A stretch of DNA of 64,000 bases from the human T2T-CHM13v2.0 reference genome, Homo sapiens, in the NCBI RefSeq assembly GCF_009914755.1, contig NC_060932.1, one strand, 5' to 3'. Position numbers and translations under genes: made by a program. The notes beneath the pieces are model-generated. The model worked only from the letters and a program-made list of their open reading frames with translations, did not search any database and was not told the origin of the DNA. How positions within the stretch are numbered: the stretch's first letter is position 1; every line of letters starts with the position of its first letter. This document shows positions 1-13,200 of this stretch, piece by piece.

Positions 1-268
1 ATGAGAAAGAAGATATCAAACTATTTCTGTTCACAAGCAAAATACAAACTTTAATAAAAGAAATCAACAATATTCTAAATAAACAAAGAGAAATTCCGTG
101 TTCATACATAAGAAAAGCATATTTTCAGGATGTCAGTTCTTCCCACTTTGATCTATAGATCCAATGCCATCCCAATCAAAATTCCAACAAGTTACTCTGT
201 TGATATTGATAAACTGATTCTGATGTTTATAAGGGGAGGCAAAAGACTCAAACTACCCAGCACAGTAG
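1..268 (+). mobile_element. Old L1 (L1M-type) ORF2 fragment
   Basis: ORF 130-378 begins MSVLPTLIYRSNAIPIKIP, matching L1 ORF2 [19 protein letters not shown]; truncated by the window edge. Confidence 0.85.
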
Positions 269-1237
269 TTTGTATAGAATTGTACCTCTCACTTAGCAGG
301 TGTCCAATATTTGTTAACTATTTCGTCATACCTTTAGTAAAAATAAATGACTACAGTCATATGAATTTTTTTTTGTAATTTATGTGTGATGGGGTTAAGT
401 GGGAAAAAAAAAACCAATTTATAATCTAGGTTGTAAGTAGTATTATCTGTTCCATGCCCTGACCCCCTTCCAAAGTGTGGTCTTAATGAGAATTATTTGG
501 GTGAGATTTGCTACATCTAACAGATTCATGCTAAAACAGAAAGACAGCAAAACATGATACGAGAAGTGAAGATAAAGGACAACTTCAACTGACTAATAAG
601 CTCTAAAATATTGACAATTTCTATTTCTCTACGGAAAACAACAAACATTGCTGACTTTGTGTTTAATTGTAATTTAAACTTACTACTTTTTCGTGTGCTG
701 CCTAAAGCCCAGTTATATCTTGTCTTAATAATTTAATGCATTATAAAACCTACATCATTTTATACTTTGATAAACTGCTTGAAATTACATATTTCTCTCA
801 AAGTCCAGTATAAGTACTTCACATGAACATTTTCATAAATCAGACATAATTACAATAATAAAATTGCTAATCTCTACCTTGTATTCATACTTTTGTTCAC
901 TAATTCTGCTTCTTCCAGGCATATGCTATTTTCTTCATTGTATCACCAGGGCAGTGTGCATTAATACAACATGTTGGATGTTGGATAGTATCAACATGCT
1001 GTGCTGGAAAAAGGAGAATACTACCTATGGGGTCATAAGAAGGTGATTTACAACAGCAACATATTCTAATGTGTGTTTTAAGATATTGACCAAGTCTGGA
1101 ATAGACTTAAAAGTTGACAACACAATTTTAGTTTATTGTTTCCTAATTATAACGGCATTGTCAAGCCAATTGGAGGTTAGAATCTGAGACAGAAAAAGGA
1201 CATATTTCAAGAAGTAACCAATGAAAATACTGTTTAC

Positions 1238-1475
1238 TAATATTTACTGAAATGCTTACCTTGACCAGGCATTCTTCTGTATGATTTCCATACATTGACT
1301 ATTTAATTTTCACAGCAACTTTATGGGATAGGTTTTTTTAATTCGTATTTTGCACATAAGAAAATCAAGGTTGGGAGAGTTTCAGAAGCTTCATCAGAAA
1401 GTGGAGGAAGTGGAAAAGCTAATGTTGAAACCAGTTCATCTGAATTTTGGTTAATGCTCTCAACATCCATACTGT
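1238..1475 (-). mobile_element. MIR SINE
   Basis: atttactgaaatgcttac...ccaggcat...ttttcacagcaactttatgggatagg...ttttgcacataagaaaatcaagg follows the reverse complement of the MIR consensus. Confidence 0.75.
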
Positions 1476-1976
1476 TCTTAAATGTTTCTCAAGATAAAGG
1501 ATGGCTGTGATCATTTGAAGTGAAAAAGAAGCAGTATTAGAAACAAATATATGTAAATAAACATTGTTTACCATTATATAGGAAAGTGTAGTCCAAACTG
1601 AGGATTTGTAACTTCAAGTTTATGCTGATGTCTTGTTTAGAGCCCAGACAACAAAAGAATACCGACACATTAACGGGATCTGAGTCTTGATAGTGGGTTT
1701 TTGTGCTCTAAAGATGGAACCCAAATATTTTAAAAGTTGAAGTGTTATTCACTCTAAGACACTTTGACTAATGTGACTAATGTGTCACCTAGAATATTTT
1801 ACCCTGCCTTCTAGGGCAAGGTTATTTTAAATGGAAATTTAAAAAATAGAACTATTACATAGACTGTGGAATTGGAGTAATGTAAACATTTTCCTGAGAT
1901 CAGAAATAAATGGGAATAGGCCTTGCATGACCTGACAGGCAAGAAAATAAAAATAAAAAATAAAAAGAAATAAATA

Positions 1977-3441
1977 AGGTGAGAGATGAGGATCCAATTT
2001 CATTTTCCTACATGTGGCTTGCCAATTATCCCAGCACCATCTCTTGAATAGGGTGTACTTTCTCCACTTTATGTTTTTGCTTGCTTTGTCGAAGATAAAT
2101 TGGCTGTAAGTATTTGGGTTTATTTCTGGGTTCTCTATTCTATTCCATTGGTCTGTGTGCCTAATTTTATACCAATACCATGCTGTTTTGGTGACTATGG
2201 CCTTGTAGTATAGTTTGGAATCAGGTAGTGTGATGCCTCCAGATTTTTTTTTTGATACAAAAATCAACTGTAAGATTAAGGACTTAAATCTATGACCTGA
2301 AATGGTAAAAATTCTGGAAGATAACATTAGAAAAATCCTTCTAGACATTGGCTTAGGAAAGGATTTCATGACTAAAAATCCAAAAGCAAATGCAATAAAA
2401 ACAAAGATAAACAGTTGAGACTTAAGTAAACTAAAGAGCTTTTGCATGGTAAAAGGTACAGTCAGTAAACAGGCAACCCATAGAGTGGGAGAAAATAGTC
2501 ACAATCCACACATCTGACAAAGGACTAATAATCAGAATCTACAACAAAGTCAAACAAATCAGCAAGAAAAAAACAATCCCATCAAAAAGTGAGCTAAGGA
2601 CATGAATAGACAATTCTCAAAAGAGGATATCCAAATGGCCAAAAAAAAATAAAAAAAAGATCAACATCACTAATTATCAGGCGAATGCCAATTAAAACCA
2701 TAATGTGATACCATCTTACTCCTGCAAGAATGGCCACAATCAAAAAATCAAAAAACAGCAGATGTTGGCATGGATGTGGTGAACAGGGAACACTTTTACA
2801 CTGCTGGTAGGAATGTAAACTAGTACATCCACTATGGAAAACAGTGAACTTAACTTAAAGAACTAAATGTAGAACTACCATTTGATCCAGCAATTCCACT
2901 ACTGGGTGTGGAAAGGAGTCATTATATGAAAAAGATATTTGCACATGCATGGTTATAGCAGCACAACTTGCAATTGCAAAATCATGGAACCAACCCAAAT
3001 TCCCATCAACTAATGAGTGGGTAAAGAAACCATGGTATATTTGTATGGTATATTTATATTCCATATAAACATATTCCATATATTCCATGGTATATTTATA
3101 TTCCATAAAAAGGAATGAATTAATGTCATTCACAGCAACCTGGATGAGATTGTAGACTATTATTCTAAGTGAAGTAACTCAGGAATGGAAAGTCAAATAT
3201 CATATGTTCACACTGATATGTGGCAACTAAGCTAAAAATGCAAAGGCATAAGAATGATAAAATGGACACTGGGGACTTGGGGGGAAGATTGGGAGATGGG
3301 CGAGGGATAAAAGACTAGAAATATGATGCGGTGTATACTTCTTGGATAATGGGTGCACCAAAATCTCACAAATCAGCACTAAAGAACTTATTCATTTAAC
3401 CAAATACCACCTGTAACCCAATAACATAGGGAAAAATAAAG
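1977..3441 (+). mobile_element. 5'-truncated, 5'-inverted L1PB1-like LINE-1
   Basis: ~1977-2250 is antisense ORF2 ([18 protein letters not shown]); ~2255-3441 is sense ORF2 end plus L1PB1-type 3'UTR (gggtgcaccaaaatctcacaaatc). TSD aagaaataaata at 1965-1976 and 3442-3453. Confidence 0.93.
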
Positions 3442-3489
3442 AAGAAATAAATAGGAAGACATGAAGTGAAGCAAAAAGTGAAGCACATC

Positions 3490-4155
3490 AGCCAGGCTCA
3501 CTAGGGAAACAGGCTAATAGTAGAGATATCTAGATGTACATACATAGGAGAAATTTATGCAAAGGAATTGTCTCACATGATTGTGGGGGATGGCAAGTTT
3601 GAAAGTGGTAGAGGCTGGAAACTCAGGCAGGATTAATGATGCCATCTTAATGCAAAATTTCTTCTCTGGGAAATCTCAGTGTTTGACTTTTAAGGCCTTT
3701 CAATGGATTAAATGAGGCCCATCCACACTATTGAGGATATTGGACTCCTGCTGTCTGAGCCATTTGTTTACTTGCTGTGTTCATGAGATCCAGCCCCAGC
3801 TCTAGCAGAATGCAGAGAGAATTCACAGGGTGTTTCATGATGAGGACGGTATCCAGAAGCCAAATGAGCTGGGAACATCATGAGTTTTAAAATTCTATTC
3901 CTATGTGGCAACATCCTTTCTTAATCTTTAAGCAGAGTAGAAGGAGACTCAATTTGGTGGCACTGCTATACACCTTGGAGCATGAGCAGGAGACGTAAAG
4001 CCATAACTAAAGATCACAGTGCCTCTGGTCCAAGGCCAGATCTAGTTGCAGATGTTAACCACATCTAGAAAGTACCCCCACAGCAACACTTAGATTGGTG
4101 TTTGGTTAAATAACTGGGTAGTGTGCCTAGCCAAGCTGACACATACAACTAAACT
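3490..4155 (-). mobile_element. MLT2-type (ERVL) solo LTR, split by a ~305-bp insert
   Basis: ggaattgtctcacatgattgtggggg...ggctggaaactcaggcagg...aatgaggcccatccacac (to ~3738) resumes at ~4045 with gatgttaaccacatcta...cctagccaagctgacacata, as in MLT2 LTR reverse consensus. Confidence 0.75.
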
Positions 4156-4350
4156 AATATAATAAGTTCCAAAGATTGTACTAATTACTAGTGGATTAAT
4201 ACATATGAAATAATGAATGTCTGTGTCCAAACATCTCTTAAAAAGGTGACAGAGTAACAGAAAATAAATAATTTACCAAAGAACAAAATGAGAACTAATC
4301 TTGAGCCTTGAGCAATGGAAGCAGAGAAGAATAAAAAAGAATTAGGTCCT

Positions 4351-7300
4351 CACAGCATAATACAAATAGAAATCAAAATTAAAAAAATATTTCTCAAATA
4401 CATGCAATTACATGGAAATTAAACAAACTTCCCCTGAATGACTTTTGGGTAAATAATGAAATTAAGGCAGAAATCAAGAAGTTCTTTGAAACAATTGAGA
4501 ACAAATATACACCATACCAGAATCTCTGGAACACAGCTAAGGCGGTATTAAGAGAAAAATTAATAGTACTAAATGCCCAAATCACAAAGCTATAAAAATC
4601 TTAAATTAACAATATCACAACTAAAAGAATTAGAGAAGCAAGAGCAAATGAACCCCAAAAGTATCAGAAGACAAGAAGTAACCAAAATAAAAACTGAACT
4701 GAAGGAGATCGAGACATGGAAAACCATCCAAAAGATCAATGAATTGAGGAATTTTTTTTTTGAAAAAATTAATAAGATAGGCCACTAGCTAGATAAATAA
4801 AGAAGGAAAGAAAGGATATTCAAATAGACACAATAAGAAATGAAAACGGGGATATTACCACTGAACCCACAGAAACACAAATAACCATCAGAGACTACTA
4901 CGAACACCTGTATGCATACAAACTAGAAACTCTAGAAGAAATGAATAAATTACTGTACACATACACCCTCTCAAGACTGAACCAGGAAGAAATTGATTCC
5001 CTTTACAAACCAAAAATAATGAGCTTCAAAATGGAATAATTAATTAATAGCCTAATAACAACAACAAAAAAGGCCAGGACCAGACAGGTGCACAGTAGAA
5101 TTTTAGAAATGTAAAAATTCTAAATTTTTACATTTACCACATGTAAAAAGAAGAGATGGTACCATTCCTACTGAAATTATTCCAAAAAATTGAGAAGGAG
5201 GGACTCCTCTCTAAGTCATTATATGAGACCAGCATCTTCCTGATACCAAAATCTGGCAAAGCCACAACAACAATAACAAGAAACTTCAAGCCAATATTCT
5301 TGATGAACACTAATGCAAAAATACCCCAACAAAATACTTGCAAACTGATTCCAGCAGCACATCAAAAAGGTAATCCACCATCATCAAGTAGGCTCTATTC
5401 CTGGGTTGTAGGGTTGATTCAACATACACAAATCAAAAAATGTGATTCGTTTCATAAACAGAAATAAAGACAAAAATCACATGATTATCTCAATAGAGGC
5501 AGAAAAGGCTTTTGATAAAATTCAACAACGTTTCATGTTAAAAACTCTCAATAAACTAGGTATTGAAGGAGTATGCCTCAAACTAGTAAGAGCCATGTAT
5601 GACAAACCTACAGCTAATATAATGCTGAATGAGCAAAAGCTGGAAGCATTCCTGTTGAAAACCATCACAAGACAAGGATGCCCTCTCTCACCACTCCTAT
5701 TCAAAATAGTGTTGGAAGTCCTGGCCAAAGCAATCAGGAAAGAGAAAGAAATAAAGGGCATCCAAATAGGAAGAGAGGAAGCCAAACTATTTCTGTTTGC
5801 AGACATGATTCTATATCTAGAAAATCCCATAGGTTCAGCCCAAATGCTTCTTCAGATGATAAACAACTTCAGCAAAGTTTCAGGATACAAAATTAATGTC
5901 CAGAAATCACTAGAATTCCTATACGCAAACAACAGCCAAGTCAAGAGCCAAATCAGGAGTGCAGTCCCATTCACAACTGCCATGAAAAGAAGAAAACACC
6001 TAGGAATTCAGCAAAGGAGGGAGGTGAAAAATCTCTACAATGAGAATTACAAAACAGTACTCAAAGAAATCAGAGAAGACACAAACAAATGGAAAAACAT
6101 TCCATGCCCATGGATAGGAAGAATCAATATAATTAAAATGACCATACTGTTCAAAATAATGTACATATTCAATCCTATTCCTATTAAATTACCAATGACA
6201 TTCTTCACAGAACTGGAAAAAACTATTTTGAAATTTCTATGGAAGCAAAAAAGAGCCCTAATAGACAAGGAATCCTAAGGAAAAAGCAAAGCTGTAAGCA
6301 TCATGTTACCTGACTTCAAACTATAATACAGGGCCACAGTAACCAAAGCAGGATGGTACTGGTACAAAACCAGACACGTAGACCATACCAATGAAACAGA
6401 ATAGAGAACCCACAACTAAGGCCACACACCTACAACCATCTGATCTTCAACAAAGCTGACAAAAAACAACCAATAGGGAAAAGGATTCCCTATCCAATAA
6501 ATGGTGTTGGGATAACTGGTTAGCCATATGCAGAAGATTGAAACTGTACCTCTTCCTTACACCACATACAAAAATAAACTCACAATAGATTAAAGACTTA
6601 AATGTAAATTCCAAAACTGTAAAATCTCTGGAAGACAACCTAGGCAATACCATCCCGGTCATAGAAATGAGCAAAGATTTTATGACGAAGATGCCAAAAA
6701 CAGTTGCAACAAAAGCAAAACTTGACTAATAGGACCTAATTAAACTAAAGAGCTTCTGCACAGCAAAAGATACTACCAACAGAGTAAACAGACAACCTAC
6801 AGGATGGGAGAAAATGTTTGCAAACTATGCATCTGACAAAAATCTAATATCCAGCATCTATAAGAAACTTAAACAGATTTACAAGAAAAAAATCTAACAA
6901 CCCCATTCATAAGTGGACAAAGGACATGAACAGACACTTCTCAGTAGAAGACATACATGCGGTGAACAAGCATGTGAAAAAAAGCTCAATATCACTGGTA
7001 ATTAGAGAAATGCAAATCAAAACCACAATGAGATACCATTTCACACCACTCAGAAAGGCTATTACTAAAGAGTCAAAAAATAACTGTTGCTGGTGAGGTA
7101 GCAGAGAAAAGGGAACACTTATACACTGTTGGTAGGAGTGTAAATTAATTCAGTCATTGTGAAAAAGTGTAGAGATTCTTCAAAGAGCTAAAACAGAACT
7201 ACCATTCAGCCCAGCAATCCCATTACTGGGTATATATGCATAGGAATGTAAATCATTCTGCCATAAAGACACATGCTCATATACGTTCATTGCAGCACTA

Positions 7301-7750
7301 TTCACTAAAACAAATAGAATTAATCTACATGCCCTTCACTGGCATATTGGATAAAAACAATATGGTACATATACACCATGGAATATTATGCAGCCATAAA
7401 AAATGAGCTTATATCCTTTGCAGGAACATGAATGTACCTGGAGGTCATTATTGTTAGCACACTAATGGAGGAACAGAAAATCAAATACCATGTATTCTCA
7501 CTTATATGTGGTAGCTAAACAATGAGAACACCTGGACTCAAGGAGGGGAACAATAGACCCTGAGGGAACAATAGACACTGAGACACTTCACGCCCTATGT
7601 TGGGTGAGGGAGGCGATCAGAAAAAAATGACTATTGGGTACTAGGCTTAGTACCTGGGCAGCAAAATAATTTGTACAACAAACCCCAGTGACATGAGTTT
7701 ACCCACATAACAAACCTGCATTTGTGCCCCTGAAAGTAAAATATAATTTT
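4351..7750 (+). mobile_element. 5'-truncated L1PA13-16-like LINE-1 (end of EN domain, RT, C-domain, 3'UTR)
   Basis: Several ORF2 fragments (4573-4788, 5156-5467, 5442-6278); 3'UTR gggtactaggcttagtacctggg...gtacaacaaacccc; degenerate TSD aagaattaggtcct (4337-4350) / aacaactagatcct (7758-7771). Confidence 0.95.
5442..6278 (+). pseudogene. L1 ORF2 reverse-transcriptase remnant (non-functional)
   Basis: [42 protein letters not shown] motifs; the catalytic FADD reads FADM (one Asp lost); frameshifts and stops on both sides. Confidence 0.9.
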
Positions 7751-8012
7751 TTTTGTTAACAACTAGATCCTAAAAGAAGTGACTGGTAACTAATAGGGAA
7801 TTCTATACATTCACTTTGAAGAGATTTTTACACTTAAGCATTTGATTAATGTGAGCTGGTCCTAGATGAGGACACAGCCTGACAAATATTTGGTCACTTA
7901 GTTTTTTCTTTTTCTTACATCAGAAGTATTTTCACGGTATGTAATGACTTTCACAGTTATCTATGGGATCATAAAACTATAGATACTTTTGGGGTAGAAA
8001 ACAAAGGAAAAA

Positions 8013-8293
8013 AGGCCAGGAGTGGTGGCTTGCACCTGTAACTTCAGCAATTTGGGCAGTCGAAGCGGGAGGATTCCTTGAGCCCAGGAGTTTGAGACCA
8101 GCCTGGGCGACATAGTGAGACCCCCCATCTTTATGAAAAATATAAAAATAAATTATCCAGGTGTGGTGGTGCCTGCCTGTACTCCCTGCTTCTCTGGAGG
8201 CTGAGGTGAGAGGATTGATTGAGCCCAGGAGCTCAAGGCAGCAGAGAGCCATGATCACACCACTGCACTACAGCCTGGGTGACAGAGTGAGAC
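8013..8293 (+). mobile_element. AluJ, poly(A) tail absent
   Basis: ggccagg...ttgagcccaggagtttgagaccagcctgggcgacatagtgagacc (J diagnostics); two arms; ends at gacagagtgagac. Confidence 0.92.
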
Positions 8294-8639
8294 ATGCTGT
8301 TAAACTAGCATAGTGAAAGCATCCTTAAATGAGCAGCAATTAGAAAAAAGGTGAGCTTATTTTATGAGAACTTTTTATAATTAAGTCAGTGGATCCATCC
8401 TTACCTGATGGGAAAACAGATAATATTTACTTTCTAATGAGAGATATAAAATGTGGATTTTTGAAACAAAGTGGCTTAAGATCCTAAAATATGAAACAAC
8501 ATTTTAAATTAAATAATCTCCAAAGGTTTGGTAAGTCATTTAAACAGATTTGAACTCAAACTCTCACTCATAGTAAATTGAAGCTATACACTAGAAATAA
8601 ATTTAAATTAGTGCATTTGGTTTAAATGCCTTATATATT

Positions 8640-9204
<565 letters not shown>

Positions 9205-10174
9205 AGTCACTTTGTATTTTACTTGTAAACATTCTAAATGCATGAAGAGATGTCTGGGTCAGCAGTCATTGCTAGTCATACACACCTATCTTGGCAATGT
9301 TGCATATATACCCCTCACAAATATTTCAGACTACATGTAGACACAGAATGCAAGAAGGCAGTATATCCACCTACAGCTTGTATTGATGTTTGTGCAGGAC
9401 GACAGTGGTGTACACAGAGGACCACGTCAGGAGATGTGGCTTCTCTGTGGTGCCGCAGGTCCCAGAGTCCTGGGACTGGGATGCTGCCACCAGAACTGGC
9501 TGGAAATAAGAATCTTTGTATAAATGTTTCAATCAGATTATGAGTTTAAGATGAAGGAATAAAAAAACTAACAGTGCAACAAATGGCTGTTTTTGGAAAT
9601 CAAAGCTCTCTTTTCAAGTGTGCACACTGTGTAGCAAATAATCATCGCACAAGCGTCTTTTCAGTAAATACCCCACACAGAGAATAATTGCAGTCAGTAG
9701 TGTTATTGCTCAAATAGGAAGGACAGCAATATAGTATTGGGACGAATTCTCAAAGCAGAAAGAAAATGACTATCATTATATCATCTGGCTTCAACCTGAG
9801 TTATTCCAGTCCATTTACTGATATTTTTCAAATGTGGACACACATTCGTTTTCTTTGTAATATTTTAAATCAGTTTTCAGTGAATTGAGAGCATCTGGCT
9901 TGGGGTTAAGGAAAAATTATCATGGCATTCATTTTTGAATTCCATCTAAATTCGCTTGCAACAGGAAAAATAAATTAGGCCCTTTTCAGGGAACAGATGA
10001 TAAAGACTAGGCTTGTCTATTTCCACAATAATAAAGAAATTGGTTATTCATTAACACAAAAATTGTCCTGACCATGCATATAGTTTCTGACCTGCTTTTC
10101 AACACTCCCTCAAAATAAATACAATCTGTCAAATTACTTCCCAACTCTATTCTAGATAAGAATAAAAACAGATA

Positions 10175-10385
10175 ACAATCATTGTGTGCCTGCCTGATTT
10201 TAGGCCCTGGGTGAATGCTTTCCTATATTATTTCCTTTAATAGTCACATAAATTCTACAAGGCAGATATTTTTAATTCAAATTTTCTATATGCGTGGGAG
10301 GGTCTGTGACCTATAAAGGATAAATTATCTGACACACAGACAATAAATAATAGAATAACATCTTGAATCCTGATGTTTCATTTTT
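10175..10385 (-). mobile_element. Degenerate MIR
   Basis: atgctttcctatattatttcctttaatagtcacataaattctacaaggcagatatt resembles the MIR antisense core. Confidence 0.5.
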
Positions 10386-11880
10386 ATTCTGTGTTCCCCA
10401 AAATTATGCTTAATTGTGGAGCTTATCATTGTCCCTTTAAACATCTGTGAATGAAAGTGTAGCAAGCTGATTATTTCCCAGAATAGTCACAGAAGAAAAT
10501 ATTCATCAGTTTCTACAGTCACCACTTTTTGAGGTAAGGGATTGAACAATAAAAAGAGTGACAGAAATGTAAATGTTTAGGTCTCATTTGCAGTCAGGCT
10601 GACAGCTACTAATGTCAGTTTAGGAACTTTATTTAACCTCCTCACACCTTAGCTTCCTGTTCCAAAGTGGAATTTAGGAGCCTTCTAATTTCACTTAACA
10701 TAGAGGTTCAAGCATATAACTTAGATGTAGGATGTCTTCAAAAGTGGATAAAGTTTATTTCTCTTATTTAGGAAATAATTGCTAACCTTCTAACAACTCT
10801 GCCATTGTAGCATGTACTTGATTTTTTTTTTGACAATTATTTCTTCATTTTGATAAATAATACTTGCAAAAATGGTATTTGGGGATTGGAGGGCAGAAAA
10901 TAAAGTGGTTTTTTAGGAGAAGAAGTGATACTAGTTTAATGCATCCTTGATAAAGAAAAAACTTTGCATTTCCCTTCTTTGTGGAGAAATGACAGTTTTA
11001 AAAAGGGAAAGTAAAGCTAAAAGAGTACGCTTCTGTATTTCAATGTATTCTTTACATGATAATTAGAATTACATAATCTTGAAAATCAGAGGAAGATTTT
11101 GGAAGATTTCTAGACCAAGATACCAGATTTGTCCAATTTTCTTTCTAGAAATGCTTTAGTTTGTATAATTTTTTAAAAGTTAAAGTGAATTAAGACATAG
11201 TTTTGGAAAAATGCCCAAGTCCTGCCAGTATTTCTGTCTTTGATGAAGAAATAAAGTTATTTAGGGAGAAGGGCCATCAATAAGAAGTCACAGCATTGAG
11301 TTCCTTGGATGAGCTGAGCCAGGGCACAAAGGCTGGGCTACTGAATTCTGGTGAGAATGTTGACTTGGCACAGGCCCAAGGTTGTTCTCATTTCAGTACA
11401 TGACTGATCCACTAAGAAAGACCTCACAAAAGATACATGATACAAATCATACAGGTCTATGACAAAGTTACCTGATATCTCCCATAGTTCTCATATATGT
11501 GCTTTCAAATTAAGCAGCCAAATTAGATTGTAATACAACATGTCAGAAGATAATAGGGTATTTTTAAGCAGTTTGCCTACTAAATACCCGACTAGGTGAA
11601 ACACCATACTAGCATACAAAGTATACCTGCAAACATATAAGGCATTTCTTTTGACTCACTGTTGCATCATTTCACATTTTATTTTAAACTGTGTCATTTG
11701 TCTTCAGCAAGCCTGTAATGACCATCAGTGTTGGTTGAGAGCTGCCTTTAAAGGGTATGAAGAACATTGCTAAATAGATGAATAATACTGTTTCAATTAA
11801 AACCACAAAAATGTAACTCTGAGGAGGTTTTTCTGATTACTCCCATATTCTCAGAAATTAGAAAGATGCCTAACACATAG

Positions 11881-12255
<375 letters not shown>

Positions 12256-12277
12256 TAAAATCATTAACCTTAATAAT

Positions 12278-12843
12278 TGTGAAAGATTGTGCTTTCCAAA
12301 AATGCTATAGCAATATTTCTAATACTGTTTGTCCTTCCAAAACCTTGCCATTCTTCATCAAGAAGCAGTGTCTATTTCTACTCCACTTCAAACTGGATGA
12401 GTTTACGACAGGGTTGGGCATAGAGGATGGTGGAAAAGATGCAACATGACAACCAAGGCTGAATCATAAAAATGGTAGAGCTTCCAACCAGCACTCCTCT
12501 CTCTCATTTCTCTCTCTCCCATGAGTGTTCACCATTGGAAAGTAGCCAACATGCTGTGAGGAAGAGGGAGCTACATGCAGGAGCTCAATATAAGTGTTTT
12601 GAGACAGCTCAGCCAATGTCTCAACTGCCAACAAGCATAACCACCCAGCATAGGAATGGATGAATCTTTATTTCCAGTCCCTAGGCTTTGACTCTTCTGG
12701 CTGAGGATTCAGATACAATGAAGAAGAGGCATACTGTGCCCTGTCCAAATTCCTGACCCATAGACTCTGTAAGTATAAGTGGTTGTTTTATACTCACCAA
12801 GCATTTTTTGACAGTTTGTTCTATAGCCATAGTAACTGGAAAA
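12278..12843 (+). mobile_element. MLT1G/H-like MaLR solo LTR
   Basis: catgctgtgaggaag, gtgccctgtccaaattcctgacccatagactctgtaag, and terminal tttgttctatagccatagtaactgga. Confidence 0.75.
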
Positions 12844-13089
12844 ATGATTAATATAATTTACAAAGACTCATGAACACTAGACACAGAAAAAATGGAAAAT
12901 CTAAATTCTGTTTGTCATTAACTAAAGATATTAACTTTCACAGTGCTATTATAAATATTTTGACATAAAAGTTTTATAAAATTTTTACAGTTGACTGCTC
13001 AAGCTCTTTGTTTAAGCTTCAGTGTTTTAGCCATCCTAGTGTTGCATGTATATGTGTCTAGATGTATGGCTTTTATTATTCTCATCACT

Positions 13090-13200
13090 CTGACTGCAGT
13101 ATAAGCTCCTGAACGTAGCGATGATATCCATTATTTTGATCAACATTGTATTTTCAGAGTGCTTGAAAAATAGTACAAATTCAGTACATATTTTTTAAGC
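13090..13200 (+). mobile_element. L2 3' end fragment
   Basis: gtataagctcctgaacgtagcga...ttgtattttcagagtgctt resembles the L2 3' terminus. Confidence 0.5.

Noticed and set aside
1839-2447. 202-aa minus-strand ORF that looks like a membrane anchor fused to an L1 domain
   Set aside because: It is an artefact of the twin-priming junction: antisense L1 read into sense ORF2, then into the A-rich TSD. There is no sign of a gene.
3837-3900. ATGATGA C-box-like motif suggesting a C/D snoRNA in the orphan insert
   Set aside because: No suitably placed CTGA D box or terminal stem is visible.
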